Source: a virus
Length of the DNA: 20,580 nucleotides
Reading direction: 5' to 3' (one strand)
Virus record (IMG/VR): IMGVR_UViG_3300038493_000007
Position 1 is the first letter of the stretch; each line of letters starts with the position of its first letter. This document shows, in pieces, positions 1 to 6,608 of this stretch. The position numbers were made by a program, and so were the translations under genes. Below the pieces are notes generated by a model. It was not told the DNA's origin and did not search any database. It worked only from the letters and a program-made list of their open reading frames with translations.

Positions 1-285
1 TATAGCCTCATCAACTTCTCCTTCCACTCTGGCAACAACGTACCAGAAAGATTTATTTGCGTCTTGTCTATTCATATATACCATCTCGCCCGTGAGGGCA
101 ACTGGATCAGGCTGGAACGAACCATCCTGATCCTTTTTATTCTTGCAATTTTCACAGATTGTCCTGCCAAATACATGCTTTTTATTTTCCTCAAAAACTG
201 GGACATAACCGTACTCCCCTCCCCTGATTTCACTACCACAGGTGCATTTTATTACTCCTAGAGACTGGCTTTTCCTGTATTCCAT
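1..285 (-). CDS. Zn-binding hypothetical protein, runs off the left edge
   Basis: Manual translation MEYRKSQSLGVIKCTCGSEIRGG...RTICENCKNKK...EVDEAI (CxC...CxxC). RBS AGGAGGTG at 291-300. Not in the ORF track. Confidence 0.7.
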   Translation of the reverse strand, partial: MEYRKSQSLGVIKCTCGSEIRGGEYGYVPVFEENKKHVFGRTICENCKNKKDQDGSFQPDPVALTGEMVYMNRQDANKSFWYVVARVEGEVDEAI

Positions 286-286
286 C

Positions 287-442
287 TTAATGCACCTCCT
301 GAATCAGATCCTCGAATCTTCCTGCCCGGGAATTATTCCTTCCGCATTCAGGGCACTTGAAATTCAATCTCATACCATCCCAAACCGCAATGGGTGGACT
401 CACTTGCTTCCCACAGCCCTGGCATAAAACTGTCTTATCCAT
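287..442 (-). CDS. 51-aa Zn-ribbon protein
   Basis: Manual translation MDKTVLCQGCGKQVSPPIAVWDGMRLNFKCPECGRNNSRAGRFEDLIQEVH (CxxC...CxxC). RBS AGGAGGTG upstream; abuts its neighbours. Confidence 0.75.
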   Translation of the reverse strand: MDKTVLCQGCGKQVSPPIAVWDGMRLNFKCPECGRNNSRAGRFEDLIQEVH

Positions 443-568
443 CTAGTCCACCTCCTTGTACTCATCAGGATAGAACTTCCTGCCAACCGAGTAGATCAGC
501 TTTATGACAAGGTATACTGCTTTTGTATCCATTATCCTCCAGAGCATCTCCCATCCGCTTTTTGCCAT
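443..568 (-). CDS. 41-aa hypothetical protein (alternative start at 532)
   Basis: Manual translation MAKSGWEMLWRIMDTKAVYLVIKLIYSVGRKFYPDEYKEVD. Fills the gap exactly between neighbouring ORFs. Confidence 0.5.
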   Translation of the reverse strand: MAKSGWEMLWRIMDTKAVYLVIKLIYSVGRKFYPDEYKEVD

Positions 569-569
569 C

Positions 570-665
570 TCAGAACACCCCCGCAATTGCTAGTGCGATA
601 ACAATCACGCCAAGCCCGATTGCCATCATGAGGCCAAGGAACAGATTTGATCTTATTTTCCCCAT
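570..665 (-). CDS. 31-aa single-TM membrane peptide
   Basis: Manual translation MGKIRSNLFLGLMMAIGLGVIVIALAIAGVF. GGAGG upstream; start overlaps the end of the 653-916 ORF. Confidence 0.5.
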   Translation of the reverse strand: MGKIRSNLFLGLMMAIGLGVIVIALAIAGVF

Positions 666-916
666 GTCAATGCCTCCAGCGTCATCTGCTTCTTTGAGTC
701 GGGATGAAGCTCCTTCCAGGAGTTGTATACATTCCCTGGATGCTCCATCTCTATGTGATCCATCATGGGTATCTCTGCCTCGAAGCCTTCACGCTCAATG
801 CTGAAGTCGCAAAGAGGGCACTCCATCCTGTGCCTTCCGTTCCCTGTCTTCTCAGGATAGACTAGGTCCATCCATTCAACAAGGGACATCCTTCTTTCAG
901 ACATGTGGGGATTCAT
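653..916 (-). CDS. C2H2-type Zn-finger protein
   Basis: CPLC...HIEMEH motif; ATGA overlap with the upstream ORF. Confidence 0.75.
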   Translation of the reverse strand: MNPHMSERRMSLVEWMDLVYPEKTGNGRHRMECPLCDFSIEREGFEAEIPMMDHIEMEHPGNVYNSWKELHPDSKKQMTLEALTWGK

Positions 917-1104
917 TGGCTCACTACCTCCACACTCACATGGACATCCAGGAGCTTAACACCTTCCACCAGAACCTCATCACACTGGGTGCAGTGGTTC
1001 CCCTTGCTGAGCCAGAAATCTATCTTCTGGCTGTCCGGAATCCTAAACCTGTCATCCTCGTACACAACCCTGTGCCCGTTCGGGCATCTCATTTCTATTT
1101 TCAT
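913..1104 (-). CDS. Zn-ribbon protein
   Basis: CPNGH...HCTQC motif; GGAGG RBS; ATGA overlaps on both sides. Confidence 0.75.
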   Translation of the reverse strand: MKIEMRCPNGHRVVYEDDRFRIPDSQKIDFWLSKGNHCTQCDEVLVEGVKLLDVHVSVEVVSQ

Positions 1105-1244
1105 GCTGGAGCCTCCAGTTTATGTGACGTCTCATAATCTTTCATCAATTTGACAACTGCAAGTCTCATGTTATCTGCTTTAAGTTCAAACTTCAGGTTT
1201 CTCAGCATTTCGTACTCATCATCATGCAAAGCTATAGTTTTCAT
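1101..1244 (-). CDS. 47-aa RHH/VapB-antitoxin-like DNA-binding protein, first gene of the leftward operon
   Basis: Manual translation MKTIALHDDEYEMLRNLKFELKADNMRLAVVKLMKDYETSHKLEAPA (beta-strand + helix-helix pattern). TATA box about 27 nt upstream; ATGA overlap downstream. Confidence 0.65.
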   Translation of the reverse strand: MKTIALHDDEYEMLRNLKFELKADNMRLAVVKLMKDYETSHKLEAPA

Positions 1245-1253
1245 TTTATCAAA

Positions 1254-1301
1254 TCATGAATCAAATATAGGTTATAAAGTTTATGTTTTATGATTTCATG
1301 A
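1254..1301 (-). promoter_or_regulatory. Archaeal promoter (TTTATAA at 1272-1278, minus strand) flanked by an imperfect inverted repeat
   Basis: TATA-to-ATG spacing is typical of leaderless archaeal mRNA. Arms are TCATGAATCA (1254-1263) and TGATTTCATGA (1291-1301). Confidence 0.6.
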
Positions 1302-1647
1302 AGCATTAGAATCATTGGTATTTTATTATCTTGTGTATTATAATTTCATAAATTTGTTATCATTATAGGTCTTATACTCTATTCCTCTCTTAGTGGACTA
1401 CTTGAATGGCCAAATCCGTGGCTTATTGCAATTCAATTATATTTAAGTTTTCTATCAATATTAATGACAGTGTATGCTACACTTTATATCTATTACTTGT
1501 TCAAGGCTATAAAAAAGCAACGTCTAGAAAAAGAATAAGCTACGTGAATATATTTGAATGTGAATTAGCATATCCTCCAATATCTTTTTGAAATCCTGCC
1601 AATTCTTGCTCTTTTCTGCTATCTGCTTTACTAGTTAGTATGGAAGT

Positions 1648-1989
1648 CTAATCCTCTTCCTGCGGTAATTTCTCAGCCAGCTTTCTCAATTCGGCGAATT
1701 TTTCTGTGTTCAAAAGGTGATCGTTGCCACTTGCAAGAATCCTGTTCAGTGCTTCCTTCGCTGAAATGATTTCACCGTAGTCTCTAGTTCCCTCCAACTC
1801 TGATCCATGAATGAGCACATACCGTCCATCTCTCAATTTTGTGAGACCTGAGTGCGTTCCTATCCCGCCATCGGTCCAGTTATGTCCATCCCAGTAATCG
1901 AGATTGGTGTTAAACTTGACCCTGGCGATCACGTCGCCATGCCAGTCTACGTCTGCGTAGACTGGAACTCTGTATATTTTCTTTTCCAT
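1648..1989 (-). CDS. Hypothetical protein, 113 aa
   Basis: Globular-looking ORF with RBS (AGGTGAG); second gene of a two-gene operon. Confidence 0.8.
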   Translation of the reverse strand: MEKKIYRVPVYADVDWHGDVIARVKFNTNLDYWDGHNWTDGGIGTHSGLTKLRDGRYVLIHGSELEGTRDYGEIISAKEALNRILASGNDHLLNTEKFAELRKLAEKLPQEED

Positions 1990-1996
1990 TTTCTTC

Positions 1997-2302
1997 TCAC
2001 CTATTGATAATCTTTGTCAATTCCCTTATTGTTACTTTTTTACCATCTTTTCTCAATTCTCTTCTTACATACACGTTCTTCGTACTCTGCTGCATACTTA
2101 TATCCATAATGTAGTTATGACCATTGAATGAAAATTCCATGTGATATGAGTTCTCCTCTTCCGCTTTTCTTCTTTGAAACGCCAAATCGTACGGCGTCCA
2201 AAAGTATGCACTATCGTACCTTTTCCATAAATTTATGTATTCTTTCACTTTTTCCTTTGTTATTTCCTTCATTTCCGTTTCCATTTTCTCAATCACGTCC
2301 AT
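1997..2302 (-). CDS. Hypothetical protein, 101 aa
   Basis: ORF with upstream TTTATA box; 7 nt from the next gene. Confidence 0.75.
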   Translation of the reverse strand: MDVIEKMETEMKEITKEKVKEYINLWKRYDSAYFWTPYDLAFQRRKAEEENSYHMEFSFNGHNYIMDISMQQSTKNVYVRRELRKDGKKVTIRELTKIINR

Positions 2303-2329
2303 CCCATTCCGGGATAATATAGTATTACA

Positions 2330-2358
2330 AACTAGAATATAAATGTTTTGTTCTAGTT
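2330..2358 (-). promoter_or_regulatory. TATA box (2338-2343) enclosed by an 8-bp inverted repeat AACTAGAA/TTCTAGTT
   Basis: Perfect 8-bp arms at 2330-2337 and 2351-2358, read directly from the sequence; upstream of the 2302 start. Confidence 0.5.
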
Positions 2359-2516
2359 ATTTGTTTTCATTGAGGACGATAAAAATAAGATGTTGGATAA
2401 ATCAGTCTGTAATGCCCAGTTTCTCTCTCTGTTTGACTATGTTCTTTATCTTCTCCTTGTTAGGGTGAAAAAGGAGGAGTTTAAAGACATTCAAAGAGTG
2501 TATGAAAATAGTTAAA

Positions 2517-2522
2517 TTTAAA
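2517..2522 (+). promoter_or_regulatory. Putative TATA box (TTTAAA) for a leaderless transcript of the TGT-like gene
   Basis: 23 nt between the box and the ATG at 2546; no RBS before the ATG. Confidence 0.5.
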
Positions 2523-2545
2523 GGGTATGTGGTCCTATACATCAG

Positions 2546-3691
2546 ATGACGTTCACTCCTATATTTGTAGCAGACAGACCAGCTTCACTTAAAATCCTGT
2601 CTGGTTTAATAAATCATAGAGGAGAATTCGGGATCCTTGCCCATGCATTTACAACTGATAATTTCAAAAGGAAATTTAAAGACTTTAATCTAGCAAAATG
2701 GAAGATAGGGGATTCCGGAATATATCAGGGGAAAGATATTCCTTATGAGCTACTTTTTGGTGAATATTTAAAGATGGGTGTTACCCACGGTATTATAAAA
2801 GATTATTATCGCGATCCAGAAAAAACCCTAAAGAGTGCTAAAACGGCGATTGATAAATATCACGCTCTTAATTACAATGAACACTTTAAACTGGTGGGAG
2901 TTGCACAGGGAAGCACTCCTGAGGATTATCTTGAAAATTATACGCAGCAAAAGAAACTTGGTTTTGAAATGGTTGCGATTGGTGGGCTGCTTGATAAGAT
3001 TGAAAACCACGTACGCATGGTTAGAATCAAAAAGGAAGGTTTATTAAAAGAGACTCTGACAATTATTGGGGAAAGATTTCCCAAGGATGATTTATTTCCA
3101 TTAGGTTCATTCAGTAGATCAAGAATAGGCATGTTCAAAGAGCTAGGAATCTGGGGTTCTGACTACAAGGGATGGATATTCAGATATAATATGGAAGAAA
3201 GCCACACTAAGGGCAATAGGTTTGAGCAGACAAGAAAGTACATTGAGACGCAAATATTTCCATTAGTGAATAAGGAAAGGTTATTGATCTTATCGTGCTC
3301 TGATAGAAAAAAAGCTGATAGGGCAAAGGCTATAGATTTGTATGATGGTCCTGCATTTAGAGTTGTCAGGAAATATCTAAAAACAAAAGATGGGGTGGAT
3401 GTTAAAATTTTATCTGCAAAGTACGGACTAATCAGTCAGGATGAAATCATCGATACATATAATCAAAAGATGACACCAGAAAATGCGAAAATGTACAGGA
3501 AAAGATACTTAAGGGAGATTAAATTACTCGAAAATTCCTTTAAAGACGCATTCTTCTTTGGCGGCAAGTTATATCAATCCGTAGTGAGCAAAAGCGATAT
3601 TAAATGTAGTGAGGGAAAAATAGGGGAAAAGCTTGGGAAATTAAAAATTTGGTTGAATAGTGAAGATAACCAAGAAAATAAAAAAGTTTAA
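2546..3691 (+). CDS. tRNA-guanine transglycosylase-fold (DpdA-like) protein fused to a C-terminal DUF6884-like domain
   Basis: TGT motifs in the correct order: GDSG (D56), IKD (D86), VAQG (Q121), AIGGL (G146-147), LG, GSD (D206). No CxCxxC Zn site. The C-terminus LLILSCSDRKK...A-DLYDGPAF...ILSAKYGLI resembles DUF6884 from memory. Confidence 0.75.
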   Translation: MTFTPIFVADRPASLKILSGLINHRGEFGILAHAFTTDNFKRKFKDFNLAKWKIGDSGIYQGKDIPYELLFGEYLKMGVTHGIIKDYYRDPEKTLKSAKTAIDKYHALNYNEHFKLVGVAQGSTPEDYLENYTQQKKLGFEMVAIGGLLDKIENHVRMVRIKKEGLLKETLTIIGERFPKDDLFPLGSFSRSRIGMFKELGIWGSDYKGWIFRYNMEESHTKGNRFEQTRKYIETQIFPLVNKERLLILSCSDRKKADRAKAIDLYDGPAFRVVRKYLKTKDGVDVKILSAKYGLISQDEIIDTYNQKMTPENAKMYRKRYLREIKLLENSFKDAFFFGGKLYQSVVSKSDIKCSEGKIGEKLGKLKIWLNSEDNQENKKV

Positions 3692-3715
3692 ATAATACAA
3701 GTTCTATATTATTGT

Positions 3716-4123
3716 ATGGAAGCAAATAAAGGGAAAAATAATTTCATCACACACGCTATTGGTCTTTATAAAGCGGCATATGATCTTTCAAGGGACGGTT
3801 ATCAAGTTAAAATTGATACATCAGCATCAAAATCTGGACACATAAAAATACAAAAAAATGGGAAGGATTTCTATGTAATGATCAAGGCACTAACTGATTT
3901 AGCACCAGTTCCATTTGCCTCAGATTATGAGATAACAGAAAAGTTTGATCATCTTCTTATTTGCGTTGGAGTATATAATGAACTTATTTCCTACTATAAA
4001 CTGGATATGCAGTATGCGAGAAGCAAGATAATTCAGAATATAGATAAGAATGGAGAAGTTAGTCATTGGATGAATGTACCTGAGTATGAAGAATTTAAAG
4101 TAAATTCTTTGATATTCCCTTAA
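3716..4123 (+). CDS. Small PD-(D/E)xK restriction-endonuclease-fold-like protein with degenerate catalytic motif
   Basis: Pattern IGLY..AYDLSRDGYQV...GHIKI...YVMIKA: helix-G-strand...x-K architecture, with His and Met where Asp and Glu/Gln are expected. Same AT-rich cassette and strand as the TGT-like gene. Confidence 0.5.
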   Translation: MEANKGKNNFITHAIGLYKAAYDLSRDGYQVKIDTSASKSGHIKIQKNGKDFYVMIKALTDLAPVPFASDYEITEKFDHLLICVGVYNELISYYKLDMQYARSKIIQNIDKNGEVSHWMNVPEYEEFKVNSLIFP

Positions 4124-4219
4124 AATTAAACATAACAACCCTGCATAAAAGTAAAATTAGTTTGACTGAGAAGGGAATGAAGAATGGAGAGATGCTAAAT
4201 AAAGTAGAGGGAATTAAGG

Positions 4220-4245
4220 AGATTTAAAAAATATAATGGAAAATC
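4220..4245 (-). terminator. Possible oligo-T terminator after the virion-protein operon
   Basis: Minus strand reads TATTTTTTAAAT, followed by a long pyrimidine-rich tract just after the 4251 stop; convergent with the 3716-4123 gene. Confidence 0.3.
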
Positions 4246-4250
4246 CAGGA

Positions 4251-4454
4251 CTATACTTTGTTCTTGTATTTCCTTTTCTTGGTTCTTGGAGATCTCCCTT
4301 CGAACCCCCAGCCATGCCTTGACCGGACTCTTTCAGCCCGCCTTGCACCTGTTGAGGTTCTCTTCCATTTTGCGACGCCTTTCATCGCATTCTCATGGTA
4401 GATCAGGCGATCACGTTTGGTTATCCTTCTCGTTTTTCTTGTTTTTGCCATCAC
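4251..4454 (-). CDS. Extremely basic 67-aa protein, putative genome-condensing nucleoprotein
   Basis: Very Arg/Lys-rich (MMAKTRKTRRITKRDR...RTKKRKYKNKV); GGAGGTG RBS; last gene of the membrane-protein operon. Confidence 0.75.
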   Translation of the reverse strand: MMAKTRKTRRITKRDRLIYHENAMKGVAKWKRTSTGARRAERVRSRHGWGFEGRSPRTKKRKYKNKV

Positions 4455-4457
4455 TTA

Positions 4458-4676
4458 TCACCTCCTGTTCCTGTGTATCAATTCCCTAATGCGTTTTCGC
4501 TCCCTGGGGCGATGTTTGTTGAACGCCTCAAGTGCGGCCAGTTTCCTATCGACCTCTCCCTTTCCGGGATGCTTATCTGCCTCGTGTATTGCCTTCATCT
4601 GCTCCTTTTCAGGCGAATGTAAATTGAAGCCATACTTGGAGAGGCTCCCCTTATGCCTTATTCTTATCTTTGCCAA
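4458..4676 (-). CDS. Basic 72-aa protein, putative virion DNA-binding protein
   Basis: KGSLSKYGF motif, helical, Arg-rich C-terminus; abuts its neighbours. Confidence 0.75.
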   Translation of the reverse strand: MAKIRIRHKGSLSKYGFNLHSPEKEQMKAIHEADKHPGKGEVDRKLAALEAFNKHRPRERKRIRELIHRNRR

Positions 4677-4919
4677 TCAATCACCTTTACTGCTCGACTT
4701 CGCTCCAATATAGATCATGCCCAGCGACAGTATGAGTGTGAGGGCATATACCAGATCCATGAAGAGCGTTATGGACGGCATTGCTGTGAACCTTCCTGCC
4801 ACATCGTATATTCCAGTCCCTATCCATCCCTCAAAGCTGTACTTCAATTTTCCCTCGATAGCCTCCACTATCACATAGAAAAAAAGAAGCACACCTATGA
4901 GGAACAAGAGTGGCCTCAT
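4677..4919 (-). CDS. 80-aa protein with two hydrophobic helices, candidate major capsid/envelope protein
   Basis: Hydrophobic N- and C-terminal helices with a polar linker. Size and topology match spindle-shaped-virus capsid proteins (topology only). Confidence 0.7.
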   Translation of the reverse strand: MRPLLFLIGVLLFFYVIVEAIEGKLKYSFEGWIGTGIYDVAGRFTAMPSITLFMDLVYALTLILSLGMIYIGAKSSSKGD

Positions 4920-4923
4920 ATCC

Positions 4924-5154
4924 TCACAGGTGGCTGAAGAAGTTCGTTATGGCGTGTGCAATGCCGTTGAACACTGCTGTCACGGGTGCGAAGAAGCTCG
5001 ACACCATGCTCAGGACTGAGTTCCCAAGCTGCTGGAACATCCCCGCAAGCCCCTGCTGCCCTGCCGGCGTTGTGATGGCGAAATACAGAGACAGACCGAC
5101 TATCAGTATCACAAAAAATACGATACCAAAGGCGATCAGCTTCACTGGCTCCAT
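4924..5154 (-). CDS. 76-aa membrane protein (N-terminal TM + amphipathic helix), putative virion protein
   Basis: LIAFGIVFFVILIVGLSLYFAI TM segment; GAGGTGAG RBS; operon context. Confidence 0.75.
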   Translation of the reverse strand: MEPVKLIAFGIVFFVILIVGLSLYFAITTPAGQQGLAGMFQQLGNSVLSMVSSFFAPVTAVFNGIAHAITNFFSHL

Positions 5155-5158
5155 ATTC

Positions 5159-5575
5159 TCACCTCAGGTCCGTCCTCTTGGCGAACACGAATGATTCCAC
5201 AAGCAGCATGAATATTATCAGCCCGTAGAACAGATACAGTATCCATCCCAGTGATCCTGTGGTCGCAAGGTTCGCAAGGAACTGCCCATCCGGTATGAAC
5301 ACCTCAACAACGTATGCGCCCAGCAGATAGCCAAGTATGACAATGCCGAGGGTGTAGTCATACCTGCGCCTTCTGTTTATGGCAGAGTATGCGTAGCCCA
5401 GTGTACCTCCAAGCAGAAGGCCCATTATCACACCGCCGGAACCAAGAGCAAACATGCCCGTGCTTCCAAGGAAGTAGGATATGGACACAACTATTGCCAT
5501 CACTATTATGCCGATGACTATGCCTGCAATTTCCCTGCTCTCAACCATCATGCCCTTTTCATGTTTCCTTGACAT
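5159..5575 (-). CDS. 138-aa protein with about 4 TM helices, putative virion membrane/matrix protein
   Basis: Four hydrophobic segments with an RRRR loop in the middle; GGAGGAG RBS; stop/start overlap with the upstream gene. Confidence 0.8.
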   Translation of the reverse strand: MSRKHEKGMMVESREIAGIVIGIIVMAIVVSISYFLGSTGMFALGSGGVIMGLLLGGTLGYAYSAINRRRRYDYTLGIVILGYLLGAYVVEVFIPDGQFLANLATTGSLGWILYLFYGLIIFMLLVESFVFAKRTDLR

Positions 5576-6369
5576 TATCTCCTCCTCCTTCTTGGCATTC
5601 CCGCTATGGCTCCAACGAACAGTATGATGCCCAGGATAACCATGGCGCTCTGCGATACTGTTATGACGTTGATGTCAAATGGCGCTCCGTAGGACTGTGT
5701 TATCTCGACTGACAGATGGTTTGTCGATGCCAGCGCTGCTGAGTTGTCCAGTGTTATCAATATTGTGCCGTAGTATCCGAAGCTGCCGGTAAGCATTCCA
5801 AGCGCATTCATTTCAACTGTCTTGTTCAGGTTGTTAATGTTGGCTGCGCTGCTGTATATCACAGTGGAAGACCAGATGTTAGCCTCTATGACTCCCTTGT
5901 CTGTCAGTGCATGTGTGGATGTGTCGTTGACCTGCTTGCCGAAGACCACTTCCGCTGTCTGAAGCGCAAAGTTGTTTGTTTGACTGACGCCGGTTGCATT
6001 CAATACCGATGTCTGCACGTTCAACGTTGTGAACAGGTAGGATCGGTTCAGAAGCCCACCAACAGTGTAGTCAGGATTCTTCTGGAATACCACAATGTTC
6101 GTCACGTTGAACCCATCAGCGAAACTGGCGGTCACAGTGTCTCCAGAGGGGCTCAATGTCGCAGCCTCCCATGTGGGCGCTTTCCCGGTGCCGTTATAGC
6201 CGTACACCACTCCGATGTCAGACCCAAGACCGACGGTGCTCGTCAGATTGCTTTTCCCGGTTGCCGCCAGTCCCTGAAATGACAGGCCGATGACAGCACC
6301 GGACGAAACAATAACGAGAGCAACGATGATCGTGAGCCATCGCTTTTCTATTATATTCTTTCCGTACAT
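5575..6369 (-). CDS. Membrane-anchored surface glycoprotein (N-terminal signal/TM, C-terminal TM + RRRRR), putative virion spike
   Basis: Hydrophobic termini, Thr/Ser/Asn-rich beta-type body, several N-x-S/T sequons. ATG at 6369 preferred to the TTG at 6408 in the ORF track. Confidence 0.8.
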   Translation of the reverse strand: MYGKNIIEKRWLTIIVALVIVSSGAVIGLSFQGLAATGKSNLTSTVGLGSDIGVVYGYNGTGKAPTWEAATLSPSGDTVTASFADGFNVTNIVVFQKNPDYTVGGLLNRSYLFTTLNVQTSVLNATGVSQTNNFALQTAEVVFGKQVNDTSTHALTDKGVIEANIWSSTVIYSSAANINNLNKTVEMNALGMLTGSFGYYGTILITLDNSAALASTNHLSVEITQSYGAPFDINVITVSQSAMVILGIILFVGAIAGMPRRRRR

Positions 6370-6540
6370 TCGTTTCTCACTTTTCCAAGCATCTGATATG
6401 ATGCTCAAAAAGACTATCTATATGCATAAGAAGTATATTAATTCTTCGGTTTCTGCTGAGATCGTATTGTTCGGCTTCCCGTGCACGCATGTTATACGGC
6501 ATTTCTTTAAGGAAAAAAATCGATTCGACCTTTCATAAAC

Positions 6541-6576
6541 AAATGTCGCTACGACATTTTAATCATAAATGTCGTA
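6541..6576. repeat. Triple AAATGTCG/CGACATTT motif forming a perfect 10-7-10 inverted repeat; candidate tyrosine-recombinase core site
   Basis: TACGACATTT (6550-6559)-TAATCAT-AAATGTCGTA (6567-6576), plus a third copy AAATGTCG at 6541-6548; 32 nt upstream of the recombinase ATG. Confidence 0.7.
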
Positions 6577-6608
6577 AAAACTAAAAACAACCTCACCATA
6601 CCATATTG

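Noticed and set aside
64-1153. Plus-strand ORFs in the track (64-261, 242-427, 523-804, 905-1153, 916-1137)
   Set aside because: Antisense shadows of well-coupled minus-strand Zn-finger genes that have RBSs.
2546-3691. Annotation as a canonical queuine/archaeosine tRNA-ribosyltransferase (tgt)
   Set aside because: Lacks the Zn-binding and PUA regions, has a different C-terminal domain and sits in a viral accessory cassette, so no gene symbol was assigned.
2431-4168. GTTTGACT direct repeat flanking the TGT cassette (about 2431 and about 4160) as a target-site duplication
   Set aside because: Only 8 bp, not at sharp boundaries, and no transposase present.
4295-4315. GGGTTCGAA (minus strand) resembling a tRNA T-loop / attP; similar GTTCGAA at about 14260
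   Set aside because: No T-stem or acceptor-stem pairing; both lie inside coding sequence.
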